A DNA stretch of 64,000 nucleotides from a virus (taxonomy: Duplodnaviria; Caudoviricetes), in the IMG/VR virus record IMGVR_UViG_3300008259_003073; one strand, 5' to 3'. The notes below the pieces were generated by a model. It did no database searches and was not told the origin of the DNA. It worked only from the letters and a program-made list of their open reading frames with translations. Within the stretch, counting starts at the first letter, position 1. Every line of letters begins with the position of its first letter. A program made the translations under genes and the position numbers. Shown here in pieces: positions 19,316 to 28,256 of this stretch.

Positions 19316-21586
19316 TTAATTATTCTGTAATTCCGTAACATAAGAATCTAAAACAACATTTCCACTTTTAAAAGAATAACTGCTATTATATTCAATTTCA
19401 AAATAAGAAAGTACAATTTTTAAATTTTCTCGTGCTTTCTTTGCGTTGTTGTAATCTTCTTCTTTTGCTTCATTATCGCTATCTTCAATGAATTCAATCT
19501 TTCTTTTATTTAGAGTATCATTGCAATTTGCAATCATTTCTTTCCAAAATAAGTCAAATGATTTTTGATTTAGTTTAAATTTATGTCTATTATCTTTATT
19601 AAACTCAAATATCCACATTTTATCACGAAGAACTCCACCATCCGAATCAGCTTCTAAATGCCCAACATCAAATTCTTCAACTTTACGAAGTATTCCATCA
19701 CGCGTATTAAAGATTTTAAAATTTGATAAATCGTTATTTTTTATTTCTTTTTTAAGAAAATTTAAAAATTTCAATCTTTCTTTTGAAGTAGTTGATGCAT
19801 CTATATATTCTAAATCTAAAACTGGTTTTACAACATCAATGAAAAATGTATCTATAACTGCATATATTTTTTCGATATTACCACCTTTAAAATGATATAA
19901 TGGACCAAATGTAGGCGTATCATTTCTATCATCTAAATCCGATGCTCTACATACATCTTTCCAATCATCAATATTATACTCAAATTTAAAAAATGATTTA
20001 GGTCCTTCATATAAATCAATTTCAAAATTCCAAACAAAATCTAACCACTTTTGAGTTGTAATTTCAATAACTCTATTAAGCACATCTGTAATATGTGTTT
20101 CGGATAGATTTTTGTTTTGTAATACAAAATCAATAGTATTTAATAATATTGGATAAAGTAATTCTTTTTGTTGTAATCTCAACTTATTAACAGTACCTAA
20201 ATTACCAGGTTTATCTATACCAATATTTTTAAGATATTCTCTAATTATTTCGGTTTCCTTTTGTAAATGAGTATTCCATAGTTGAATTATTTTCTCGTTA
20301 TTTAACCCAACATTTTTTTGTGAATTTTGAATTCTATTATATCCTAATGTAGCTTCAACCATATTAAAAACTTTTAGAAATTCGGATTCTAATTGCTTTA
20401 CATTTCGTTTGTTTCTTTCGGAATATTCAATATATTCGGCAACAGTCTCTTGAACTATTTTAGTTCCTTTATCAAACGGCCTAGCTAAACCATTATAAAA
20501 CCAATTTTGATAACGCTTTAAACCATAATCACTTTTAATATCCGCACCATTAATTTGAATTAAACATGATGTAAGAAAATGATAAATGTATCTATCATAT
20601 TCATTATATTCAGAACCATGAATATTATCATTAATTACTCTAAAAAATGGATTGTTTTTATCAGATTTTGCAAAACATGCGGATAAAATGGCTGGTTTAT
20701 GTACATCTCTTGGATTTTTACTATTATCATATACTACATTATCATGCCAAGCATCTTTTACCATAGTCATTGATAAATTCACATCCGATTGTCCGGCACC
20801 TCGTTTACCTTCTCTATGATACGATTCACTTTCACATCCATTACTTTTTCTTTCTAATATTACATTTGGTTTTAAATCAAGAATTGAATTAATTAATTTA
20901 AAATATCCATTCTCTTTTAACCAACTAACAGTTAAAAATTGATTTTTTGTAATTACAAAATCATCTTTAAAAGCACCTAATGCTAATTTTAAAAGATTTA
21001 ATAAATCTGAATTTTTACCGTTTTCCCATCTATTAGAATTTTTAATATATCTGTTTTCAACTTCATTAAATTCTCCTTTTTCATCAAGAACTTTCCATAC
21101 TTTTGAATCGGTAAAATAACTAAACCATCTCCATACTAATTGAAATTTACTTTCACCATCCCATATACCAACTAATTTAAATTCTCCATAAGTATCTGTA
21201 TTTATTTTTAAAGTTGGAATTGAACTGTGTGTAATCCAAGATATAAAACCATCACTAATACTATCGTAATCCCAAGTAGATGTTCCACAATCTTCGTTCT
21301 TATTAAGAGTTCTTATTACCGAAGATTTACCCCTTTGTCCTTTTGATGGTAAAAATATTGTTGTAGACATTACAGGTTTTACATTATACTGCACATCTCT
21401 AAAAGATATAGGTTCATAATGAAACAGTAAATCTCGATAGGTTAGTTCTTTCAATGTTCCCCACGTACTTGATGAGTTATTGAAGTTTTCTATTACATTT
21501 CTGATTTGTTCTTCTTTGGTGAGAACGATACCTGATAGATTAGCTCTGTCTAACAAAGCCTTATCAATTTTTTTTGAGTATCTCAT
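19316..21586 (-). CDS. DUF262 + HNH protein (GmrSD-like nuclease candidate)
   Basis: IWDGESKFQLVWRWF resembles DUF262 DGQQR; C-terminal DVGHLEADSDGG...NKDNRHK resembles an HNH. Confidence 0.55.
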   Translation of the reverse strand: MRYSKKIDKALLDRANLSGIVLTKEEQIRNVIENFNNSSSTWGTLKELTYRDLLFHYEPISFRDVQYNVKPVMSTTIFLPSKGQRGKSSVIRTLNKNEDCGTSTWDYDSISDGFISWITHSSIPTLKINTDTYGEFKLVGIWDGESKFQLVWRWFSYFTDSKVWKVLDEKGEFNEVENRYIKNSNRWENGKNSDLLNLLKLALGAFKDDFVITKNQFLTVSWLKENGYFKLINSILDLKPNVILERKSNGCESESYHREGKRGAGQSDVNLSMTMVKDAWHDNVVYDNSKNPRDVHKPAILSACFAKSDKNNPFFRVINDNIHGSEYNEYDRYIYHFLTSCLIQINGADIKSDYGLKRYQNWFYNGLARPFDKGTKIVQETVAEYIEYSERNKRNVKQLESEFLKVFNMVEATLGYNRIQNSQKNVGLNNEKIIQLWNTHLQKETEIIREYLKNIGIDKPGNLGTVNKLRLQQKELLYPILLNTIDFVLQNKNLSETHITDVLNRVIEITTQKWLDFVWNFEIDLYEGPKSFFKFEYNIDDWKDVCRASDLDDRNDTPTFGPLYHFKGGNIEKIYAVIDTFFIDVVKPVLDLEYIDASTTSKERLKFLNFLKKEIKNNDLSNFKIFNTRDGILRKVEEFDVGHLEADSDGGVLRDKMWIFEFNKDNRHKFKLNQKSFDLFWKEMIANCNDTLNKRKIEFIEDSDNEAKEEDYNNAKKARENLKIVLSYFEIEYNSSYSFKSGNVVLDSYVTELQNN

Positions 21587-21628
21587 AATTCTATGAAGTT
21601 TAAAAGGTAATTCAACCCGTTATTAATA

Positions 21629-21660
21629 CAAATATAAGAAAAGTATTTCGAAATATCAAG
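21629..21660 (-). promoter_or_regulatory. Putative Bacteroidota-type promoter
   Basis: CTTG-N20-TATATTTG upstream of the 21586 start. Confidence 0.65.
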
Positions 21661-21678
21661 CACTTTCTCATTTACTTT

Positions 21679-22518
21679 TTAAGAAAAAATCCATCTTCCT
21701 CCAATGTTCCAAAATAGTATATCTCCATCTAATTTTTCAATGTTATCCGATAACCATTTCCACTGTTTAATATCCCAAAATTGATTGCAAGGAAATGGTG
21801 CTTCAAAATTATCTAACCTATCGTTAAATCCATACTCTGATTTTTCAATATGAACATTGGTTGGGTCATATACATTGTGTTGTACATACGTTCCTTTGAC
21901 CGTTCTGTAAGATGAAACACAAGTACTCCAAGCGTGTCTATCTGGTTTTTCCCAAAAGTTATTCCTTTGCCCTACGAATTTTTTAATCAATCCAGATGAT
22001 GTTACTCCCTCACCCGATGAAACTACTAAATGTTTAAAATCACCCTTTTCTTCCAAAACCCTTTCCATCTTTTTTTCCATGTAATCAACATAGAAACCAT
22101 CGTTGAATGCATAAGGTAATAACTGCCATTTTCCTACCGATGAATTTTTTAATTGAGCATACATTATATCCTGTATGTTGTTTTGAATAGGATTGAATAT
22201 CGTTTTGGGGTGTAGTGTTTTAACCTTTTCTATTAGGGCCTGGCTGATTACTTTATTGTCAGGATACGAATATATGAAGTCTATCCCTAACTCCTCACAT
22301 ATCGCAGCTAATGCCCAACCAGACCAACTTCCGTTTACTACCAAGTGGGTTAAAGGTTTTGACCTATCAACATACTTATCTACTAAATTATAGATTGCTT
22401 CAATTTTTCCCCAAGGTGGTAGTGATTCACCATCACCCATCAAATCATCTCGCTTAACCCAAACCTTTCTACCTTTCAATTCATACACCTCTAATGGTGT
22501 ATTTGTATTTAAAACCAT
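21679..22518 (-). CDS. PLP-dependent fold-type II enzyme (ACC deaminase/D-cysteine desulfhydrase-like)
   Basis: VWVKRDDL...WGK (candidate Schiff-base Lys), VVSSGEGVT phosphate loop, LFWNIG end. Confidence 0.75.
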   Translation of the reverse strand: MVLNTNTPLEVYELKGRKVWVKRDDLMGDGESLPPWGKIEAIYNLVDKYVDRSKPLTHLVVNGSWSGWALAAICEELGIDFIYSYPDNKVISQALIEKVKTLHPKTIFNPIQNNIQDIMYAQLKNSSVGKWQLLPYAFNDGFYVDYMEKKMERVLEEKGDFKHLVVSSGEGVTSSGLIKKFVGQRNNFWEKPDRHAWSTCVSSYRTVKGTYVQHNVYDPTNVHIEKSEYGFNDRLDNFEAPFPCNQFWDIKQWKWLSDNIEKLDGDILFWNIGGRWIFS

Positions 22519-23351
22519 ACTCTTTCGTGTCTTTTTAGATGGGCATCTTCTATAGTGTTTTCTTTACATTTATCAATTAGTTTTTTCAAATCATCTGCAA
22601 AGTTACTATTAACATACCCACCAATCTTACCTTTAATAATTGGTTGATTGTAACTCCAAGATACGTGTTCATAATATCTGATGTTTGGAAATTCTGTTAT
22701 TTGAGGTCTATGGTCGGATGTTAGCATATCAAAGTGTCCTTGCTTTAACTTACCACTTGCTATGAAATTAACTAACGCAGGATTACTGATTACTTCTCCT
22801 CTACTAATAGAAATTATATCAACTTCTTTTCGTATTTTTGAAAACAATACATCATCAAAATATCCCTTTGTACTATCATTTAAAGGTAGTGTAATTACAA
22901 TAGTTTTAGCAAATGCTAAATATCTATCCACTTCTTCTTGTGCAGTTTTGGTATTAACAACATTGAAATTTCCAATGTGTTTTTGTAACTCTTTACTGAT
23001 ACTACCGTTACCAAATATCAATACCGCATCATCTTCTTTAATCTTATCTTTAATCCAATTTGCACAAGGTACTGCAGTTGGTGATAATGCAACAACTCCG
23101 ATGTTCTTATCTTTACAATCTTTTAAGTTTACCATATCCACACCATGTGAACGACAAACTATCCATTCTAAATTTGGATACTTATTTAAAGTTTGTTTGC
23201 CAATCTTTGAAAACTTAACAGAAAGAACCTTAACTTCTGGATATGTATCTTTTGGTCTTTCGTATGCACCCAATACTTGTACATTCGGTAATCTTTCTAA
23301 AACGGATTCTACAATATCAGCTTTATCTTTTAATAATACATCGTTATACAT
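22509..23351 (-). CDS. D-isomer-specific 2-hydroxyacid dehydrogenase-like
   Basis: SHGVDMV, GNGSIS dinucleotide loop, ITLPLNDSTKG, SISRG (Arg), EHVSW (His); start MYNDV at 23351 overlaps the asnB stop. Confidence 0.8.
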   Translation of the reverse strand: MYNDVLLKDKADIVESVLERLPNVQVLGAYERPKDTYPEVKVLSVKFSKIGKQTLNKYPNLEWIVCRSHGVDMVNLKDCKDKNIGVVALSPTAVPCANWIKDKIKEDDAVLIFGNGSISKELQKHIGNFNVVNTKTAQEEVDRYLAFAKTIVITLPLNDSTKGYFDDVLFSKIRKEVDIISISRGEVISNPALVNFIASGKLKQGHFDMLTSDHRPQITEFPNIRYYEHVSWSYNQPIIKGKIGGYVNSNFADDLKKLIDKCKENTIEDAHLKRHERVWF

Positions 23352-24894
23352 TTGTAAACTTTTTAAGGGTTGATTTATTGTCATATTTTATAAATGATTC
23401 ATCAAAGTATTCTTTGATTTTATCTTTTTCTTGCTTTAAAAAATCGGTATGACATCCAACTTGAAATGTTTTTTTAGGTCTCCATAGAATTTCATCCGAT
23501 ATTTCACCCTCAAATGATTTCCGTAAAAGATATTTCATAATTTTTCCCCTACCATTTGCTTCATCTCTATATCGTGTTGGTGTTTGTAATCCAAATTCAA
23601 CTAAAGTTTTATCTAAAAACGGTGTTCTTAATTCAACAGTACCACCATACATCATTGCTTTGTTTGTTCTAATCAAATTACTTCTATGTAACTCTCTTAA
23701 CAATTGAACTCGTTTTGAATGATACAATTTTGGGTCTTGCCAACTCCATCGAAATACATCTCCGTAACTTGCAAATATCTCATCACTACCTTCACCACCA
23801 AACACAACTTTAAAACCACGATTGTCAATTTCTTTTGCCAAAAACAATTGTGCTACTGCTGGAGATATTTGAGTCCACTTCCAATCTTCGGATGCGTAAA
23901 TTGATTCTTTTAATTTATCAACTATTTCTTCTTTGGTAACATTTACTTCTATTAACTCAATACCAATTTCTTTACTGAATTCTCTTGCGTAATACAAGTC
24001 ATCTTTTAAGTTTGCTTTTCTTGTGCCAGATGTTACATTTACAACAAATGCTTTTAGATTTTTAACACGCTTACTCAACAGATATGTAATAATTACTGAA
24101 TCTATTCCACCACTTAAAATTGTACAAATAGGAACATCTGCTATTAACTCATTATCAACTGCTTTGTTTAATAACAAATTCAATTTAGATGTATAGTGTT
24201 CTAATCCTAAATCATTTGAATCAGTATCTTTTTTTAAGAAGTCATTGAAATTAAAATAAGTGTGGGTATGTGTATCACCTGTTTCCAAATAGTAAATCAT
24301 ACAAGTACCAGGTGTTACCGTTCGTATAATTTCTTCTTTTCTATCCTTTGAATTTTTATTTGCGTGATGATAATTTACTTTAAACGAATCCGTTAATGCT
24401 TTTATCTCACTAGCAAATGCTATTTTTCTATCAGCATCTTCCAAATAATAAAAAGGAAGTCTACCAATAAAATCTCTTCCTAAAAATAAAAAATTAGATT
24501 TTCTATCGTATATACAAAAACTGAACATACCATCCAATCGTTTCATAAAATCAATTGGTTCATGTCCAAATTTTTTGTACATCAATGCCAACAATTCGGT
24601 ATCTGAACTTTCTGTTTTTGTTTTGTATTCATTTCTTAAATACGAATACTCATCTATTGTATTTTTCCAAAGTTCTCCATTGAATACAACAACAACCTCC
24701 CCATCCACATCTTCAAATGGTTGGTTTGCTATTTCAGAAAGGTCTTGGATTGACAAACGATTATGAGCCATAAACAATCCGTTTAATGGTTCAATGACGG
24801 TAGAGTTATCCCGTCCTCTATGTATTATTTTTTTAAGAGATAACTCTACCTGTTCTTTACTATTAAATGCGTTTCCGCCGATTATTCCACACAT
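23344..24894 (-). CDS. asnB: Asparagine synthetase B-like glutamine amidotransferase
   Basis: MCGI (Ntn Cys), HRGRD, HNRLSI, FNGE, RDFIG, LSGGIDS (PP-loop), GEGSDE, RTPFLD. Confidence 0.93.
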   Translation of the reverse strand: MCGIIGGNAFNSKEQVELSLKKIIHRGRDNSTVIEPLNGLFMAHNRLSIQDLSEIANQPFEDVDGEVVVVFNGELWKNTIDEYSYLRNEYKTKTESSDTELLALMYKKFGHEPIDFMKRLDGMFSFCIYDRKSNFLFLGRDFIGRLPFYYLEDADRKIAFASEIKALTDSFKVNYHHANKNSKDRKEEIIRTVTPGTCMIYYLETGDTHTHTYFNFNDFLKKDTDSNDLGLEHYTSKLNLLLNKAVDNELIADVPICTILSGGIDSVIITYLLSKRVKNLKAFVVNVTSGTRKANLKDDLYYAREFSKEIGIELIEVNVTKEEIVDKLKESIYASEDWKWTQISPAVAQLFLAKEIDNRGFKVVFGGEGSDEIFASYGDVFRWSWQDPKLYHSKRVQLLRELHRSNLIRTNKAMMYGGTVELRTPFLDKTLVEFGLQTPTRYRDEANGRGKIMKYLLRKSFEGEISDEILWRPKKTFQVGCHTDFLKQEKDKIKEYFDESFIKYDNKSTLKKFTNV

Positions 24895-24912
24895 AACTAT
24901 TTTAGAAAAATT

Positions 24913-25176
24913 TTACTTTAAGTGCTCATTTAACGCATTCATATATGTTAATTTAGAAGATACACCAGTAAATCTTTCAACCTCTACACCGTTCTTTTCT
25001 ATCACAATTGTTGGTACTGAACGAATTGAGTATTTAGTTGCTTCATTATATGCCTCATCCACATCATAATCTTCAAATTTTACATTTGAAAATTGAGTTT
25101 TAACTTCGTTAATTACTGGTGCCAATGCTCTACATGGACCACACCAAGATGCACTAAATTTCTTTACTGTTAACAT
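24913..25176 (-). CDS. trxA: Thioredoxin
   Basis: WCGPC, cis-Pro SVPT, 87 aa. Confidence 0.95.
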   Translation of the reverse strand: MLTVKKFSASWCGPCRALAPVINEVKTQFSNVKFEDYDVDEAYNEATKYSIRSVPTIVIEKNGVEVERFTGVSSKLTYMNALNEHLK

Positions 25177-25345
25177 ATTTTTTATTTTTTGGTTTTCCTT
25201 TTAATTTTTCAATTAACTTAAATTTTCTAACTTGCTTTAATTTTCTGTCTAACGGATTTTCGTTTTCTTCAACTCTATTTAGCTTTTTTTCTAATTGAAG
25301 TAGTTTTTTAGCTACCTTTCCTTTGTCAATTTTGTTTTCACTCAT
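25154..25345 (-). CDS. Small basic hypothetical protein
   Basis: Lys-rich ORF between nrdA and trx; likely start MSENK at 25345. Confidence 0.5.
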   Translation of the reverse strand: MSENKIDKGKVAKKLLQLEKKLNRVEENENPLDRKLKQVRKFKLIEKLKGKPKNKKYVNSKEI

Positions 25346-25364
25346 AGTATTGTTTTTTAATTGT

Positions 25365-27146
25365 TTATCCTTCACAACTTACACATTCTGGGTCCATTGC
25401 CTTTGCTGCAATATCACCTCTTAAAACTGATTCGGTTCTCATATAATATAATGTTTTTACTCCTTGTTTCCAAGCTTCCATATGAATTTGATTAATCCAC
25501 TTTGGTTCTGCGGTTGCAGGGAATGCCAAATTTAGGGAAACTGCTTGGTCGATATATTGTTGTCTAACACCTGCTTGTCTTACTAAATCTAATTGGTTGA
25601 TTTCTTTAAATGTTTTGAATACATCTTTAACTGAATTACATCTGTGTGCTCTTTCATCTATAGATACTTCTTTACATTCAAGTAACTTACCATCTGAAAA
25701 ACAGTAATCATCTAAAAAGTCCAAATCTTGTACTGAACCACCATCTGCTAAAATCTTATCCCATACCTCTTTGGTATTTTTTCCAATCTTACGAAGTACT
25801 CTTTCCAATTCAGGATTCTTTCTAATGAATGTACCCTTTGCAGTTTGTTCTGTAAACACATTTGCTGCCCAAGGTTCAATACCACTACTAACATTACCAC
25901 TCAATTTAGAGTTTGATACCGTAGGTGCTACTGCTCTCAAATGTGTATTTCTCATACCACTCTCTTTACACCATAGTGGTTCACCATATTCACTAGCTAA
26001 CCATCTACTTGCTCTTTCAGATTCAATCTTTAATTGAGAGAAAATCTTACGAGTTTCAAATTGAGCTTGTAAACCTTCAAATGGTAATCCTTTTTGTTGT
26101 AAGTAAGTGTGCCATCCCAATACACCTAATCCTAATGCTCTACCTCTTTCTGCTGAACGAACTGAATTCTCAAATCCTTTCATATTTTTAGCTCTTTGGA
26201 TAAATTCTTCCAACACACCATCTAAAAATATAGTAGAAGTATATATCAAATCGGTATCTTTCCACTCATCGTATTTAGCTAAATTCAGTGATGATAAACA
26301 GCAAACAAATGAATGTTGTTCATCGGTGTGTAGAACGATTTCAGAACAAATGTTGGTCATATGAACTTTCAATCCATTCTTTTTATACATTTCAGGATTT
26401 GCTTTGTTTACATTTCCCTTGTACATAATGTACGGTTCACCAGTTGCTTTTCTTTTCTGAAGTATCTTACCCCATTTTCTACGAGCTTCCGAATCACCTT
26501 CTTCTACCTTTCTCATAAACCTATCACTAACCACAACACATTGATGTAAGTTAAGTGATTGACGATTCACATCTCCCTTTGGTTCTCTGATTTCTAAAAA
26601 ATCTTCAAAATCCTTATGTTCTACTTTAATGTTTACCGATGCTGCTCCTCTACGAACTGAACCTTGATTTGTAGCAAGAATAGTTGAATCATAGATTTTA
26701 GCAAATGGTACAATACCATCGGATGTTCCGTTACCAGTAATTTTACTACCTGCTGGTCTAATCATATTGATACCAATACCAACACCACCACCATGCTTTG
26801 CCAACAACATCAATTCTAAATTTTTAGAACCAATTTCATAGATACTATCACCTACATCAATACCGAAACATGAGATTGGTAAACCTCTATCAGTACCAGT
26901 ATTTGATAATACAGGCGTTGCTAAACACAACCATCCTTTCCAAATGTAATCAAAGAACTTTGTTGCCAATTGTGGTTTCTCCAATCTTTTAGCAACTGCC
27001 GTAGCAACTCTCCAATATGCATCCTTTGGTTTTTCACCAGCTTGTAGGTAAGTTTTAGATATAGTTTTTACATATATCTCATTATTTCCCCAAGATGGGA
27101 AATCAACATCTACTTCCCATCCGTATTCTTCTCCGTAATTTCTCAT
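25365..27146 (-). CDS. nrdA: Class I ribonucleotide reductase alpha subunit (short, no ATP cone)
   Basis: ATPVLSN, ISCF, GGGVG, TNICSE, VAPTVSNS, KTLYY, C-terminal CVSC. Confidence 0.96.
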   Translation of the reverse strand: MRNYGEEYGWEVDVDFPSWGNNEIYVKTISKTYLQAGEKPKDAYWRVATAVAKRLEKPQLATKFFDYIWKGWLCLATPVLSNTGTDRGLPISCFGIDVGDSIYEIGSKNLELMLLAKHGGGVGIGINMIRPAGSKITGNGTSDGIVPFAKIYDSTILATNQGSVRRGAASVNIKVEHKDFEDFLEIREPKGDVNRQSLNLHQCVVVSDRFMRKVEEGDSEARRKWGKILQKRKATGEPYIMYKGNVNKANPEMYKKNGLKVHMTNICSEIVLHTDEQHSFVCCLSSLNLAKYDEWKDTDLIYTSTIFLDGVLEEFIQRAKNMKGFENSVRSAERGRALGLGVLGWHTYLQQKGLPFEGLQAQFETRKIFSQLKIESERASRWLASEYGEPLWCKESGMRNTHLRAVAPTVSNSKLSGNVSSGIEPWAANVFTEQTAKGTFIRKNPELERVLRKIGKNTKEVWDKILADGGSVQDLDFLDDYCFSDGKLLECKEVSIDERAHRCNSVKDVFKTFKEINQLDLVRQAGVRQQYIDQAVSLNLAFPATAEPKWINQIHMEAWKQGVKTLYYMRTESVLRGDIAAKAMDPECVSCEG

Positions 27147-27154
27147 AATCTTTT

Positions 27155-28168
27155 TTAAAATATATCATCCCAATTTTCACCTTCTCCTGCCTTTGAATAA
27201 TCAGTTGGTCTGATTGCAAAGAAGTCGGTATGTGTAACACCTCCCGTAAGATGATAAAACCAATCCAATTCAGATGCTTTCTTCTCATCAAATTCAAAGT
27301 AGTCATCTCCACCTTTGATGGGGGTGTATCCCAATTCTGCTAACTTCTCATTAACTCTTTTTGTAATGAATTCCTTTAGGTCATCTTTTTTAAGATTCTC
27401 CAAATCACCCATTTCAAAAATTTTATCAATGAATTTATGTTCCAAATCTCTAATAATTTCAGCTGCTTTGTAGATATCAGCTTTTGCTTCTTCTAACAAT
27501 TCAGGATACTCTTCACACATATGCCTGAATAACTGGCAACCCATCTTTGAATGTAGTGATTCATCTCTAACACTCCACTTCATTTGTTGTCCAATTCCTT
27601 TTAATAAGTTTCGCATTTGAAAACTATAAAGAACTGCAAATGATGAATAAAGTGCTACACCCTCTGTGAATGCTGAAAATATAGCAAGTGAACGTGCTAC
27701 CTCAACTCTAGCCTGATGATTTGTTTTTAAATCTTCAGGTGTCCATTCGGCAGTTACATTGGTTAGTAATTCAAATCTTTCTTTCATAACTTCATCATGC
27801 ATAAAACCTGCGAAGTCATCTAATCCCAATGTTTCATTTAGATAAGAATATGCAACTGAATGTATTGTTTCTTGAGAACCAAATGCCATTGCCATCTGAC
27901 GGATTTCATGCTTTGGAAACCATTTAGTAACCATACCAGTCCAATAATCAGAAACGGCACATTCGGTTTGAGCAAATCCTAAAAGTATATTACCTACTAA
28001 ATGCTTTTCTTCTTTTGTTAAATTCTCATTCCAATCTTTCACATCCATCTGCATTGGTATTTCAGTATGCAACCAAAATGCCTGCATTTGTTTCAACCAA
28101 CCCTCATTGTAATAATCTGGATATTCGAATGGTTTATATGGGATTCTTTCTGTAAATAATTTACTCAT
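27155..28168 (-). CDS. nrdB: Class I ribonucleotide reductase beta subunit
   Basis: FWLHTE, ETIHSVAY (radical Tyr), EGVALY, RDESLH, DFF...Y. Confidence 0.96.
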   Translation of the reverse strand: MSKLFTERIPYKPFEYPDYYNEGWLKQMQAFWLHTEIPMQMDVKDWNENLTKEEKHLVGNILLGFAQTECAVSDYWTGMVTKWFPKHEIRQMAMAFGSQETIHSVAYSYLNETLGLDDFAGFMHDEVMKERFELLTNVTAEWTPEDLKTNHQARVEVARSLAIFSAFTEGVALYSSFAVLYSFQMRNLLKGIGQQMKWSVRDESLHSKMGCQLFRHMCEEYPELLEEAKADIYKAAEIIRDLEHKFIDKIFEMGDLENLKKDDLKEFITKRVNEKLAELGYTPIKGGDDYFEFDEKKASELDWFYHLTGGVTHTDFFAIRPTDYSKAGEGENWDDIF

Positions 28169-28256
28169 ATTTTTAATTTATTTATGTTTTGAATTGTAGG
28201 TATAACTATCTAATGAACTTACAAATTTTCTATTTTCTTTAGAAAACTTTATACAA

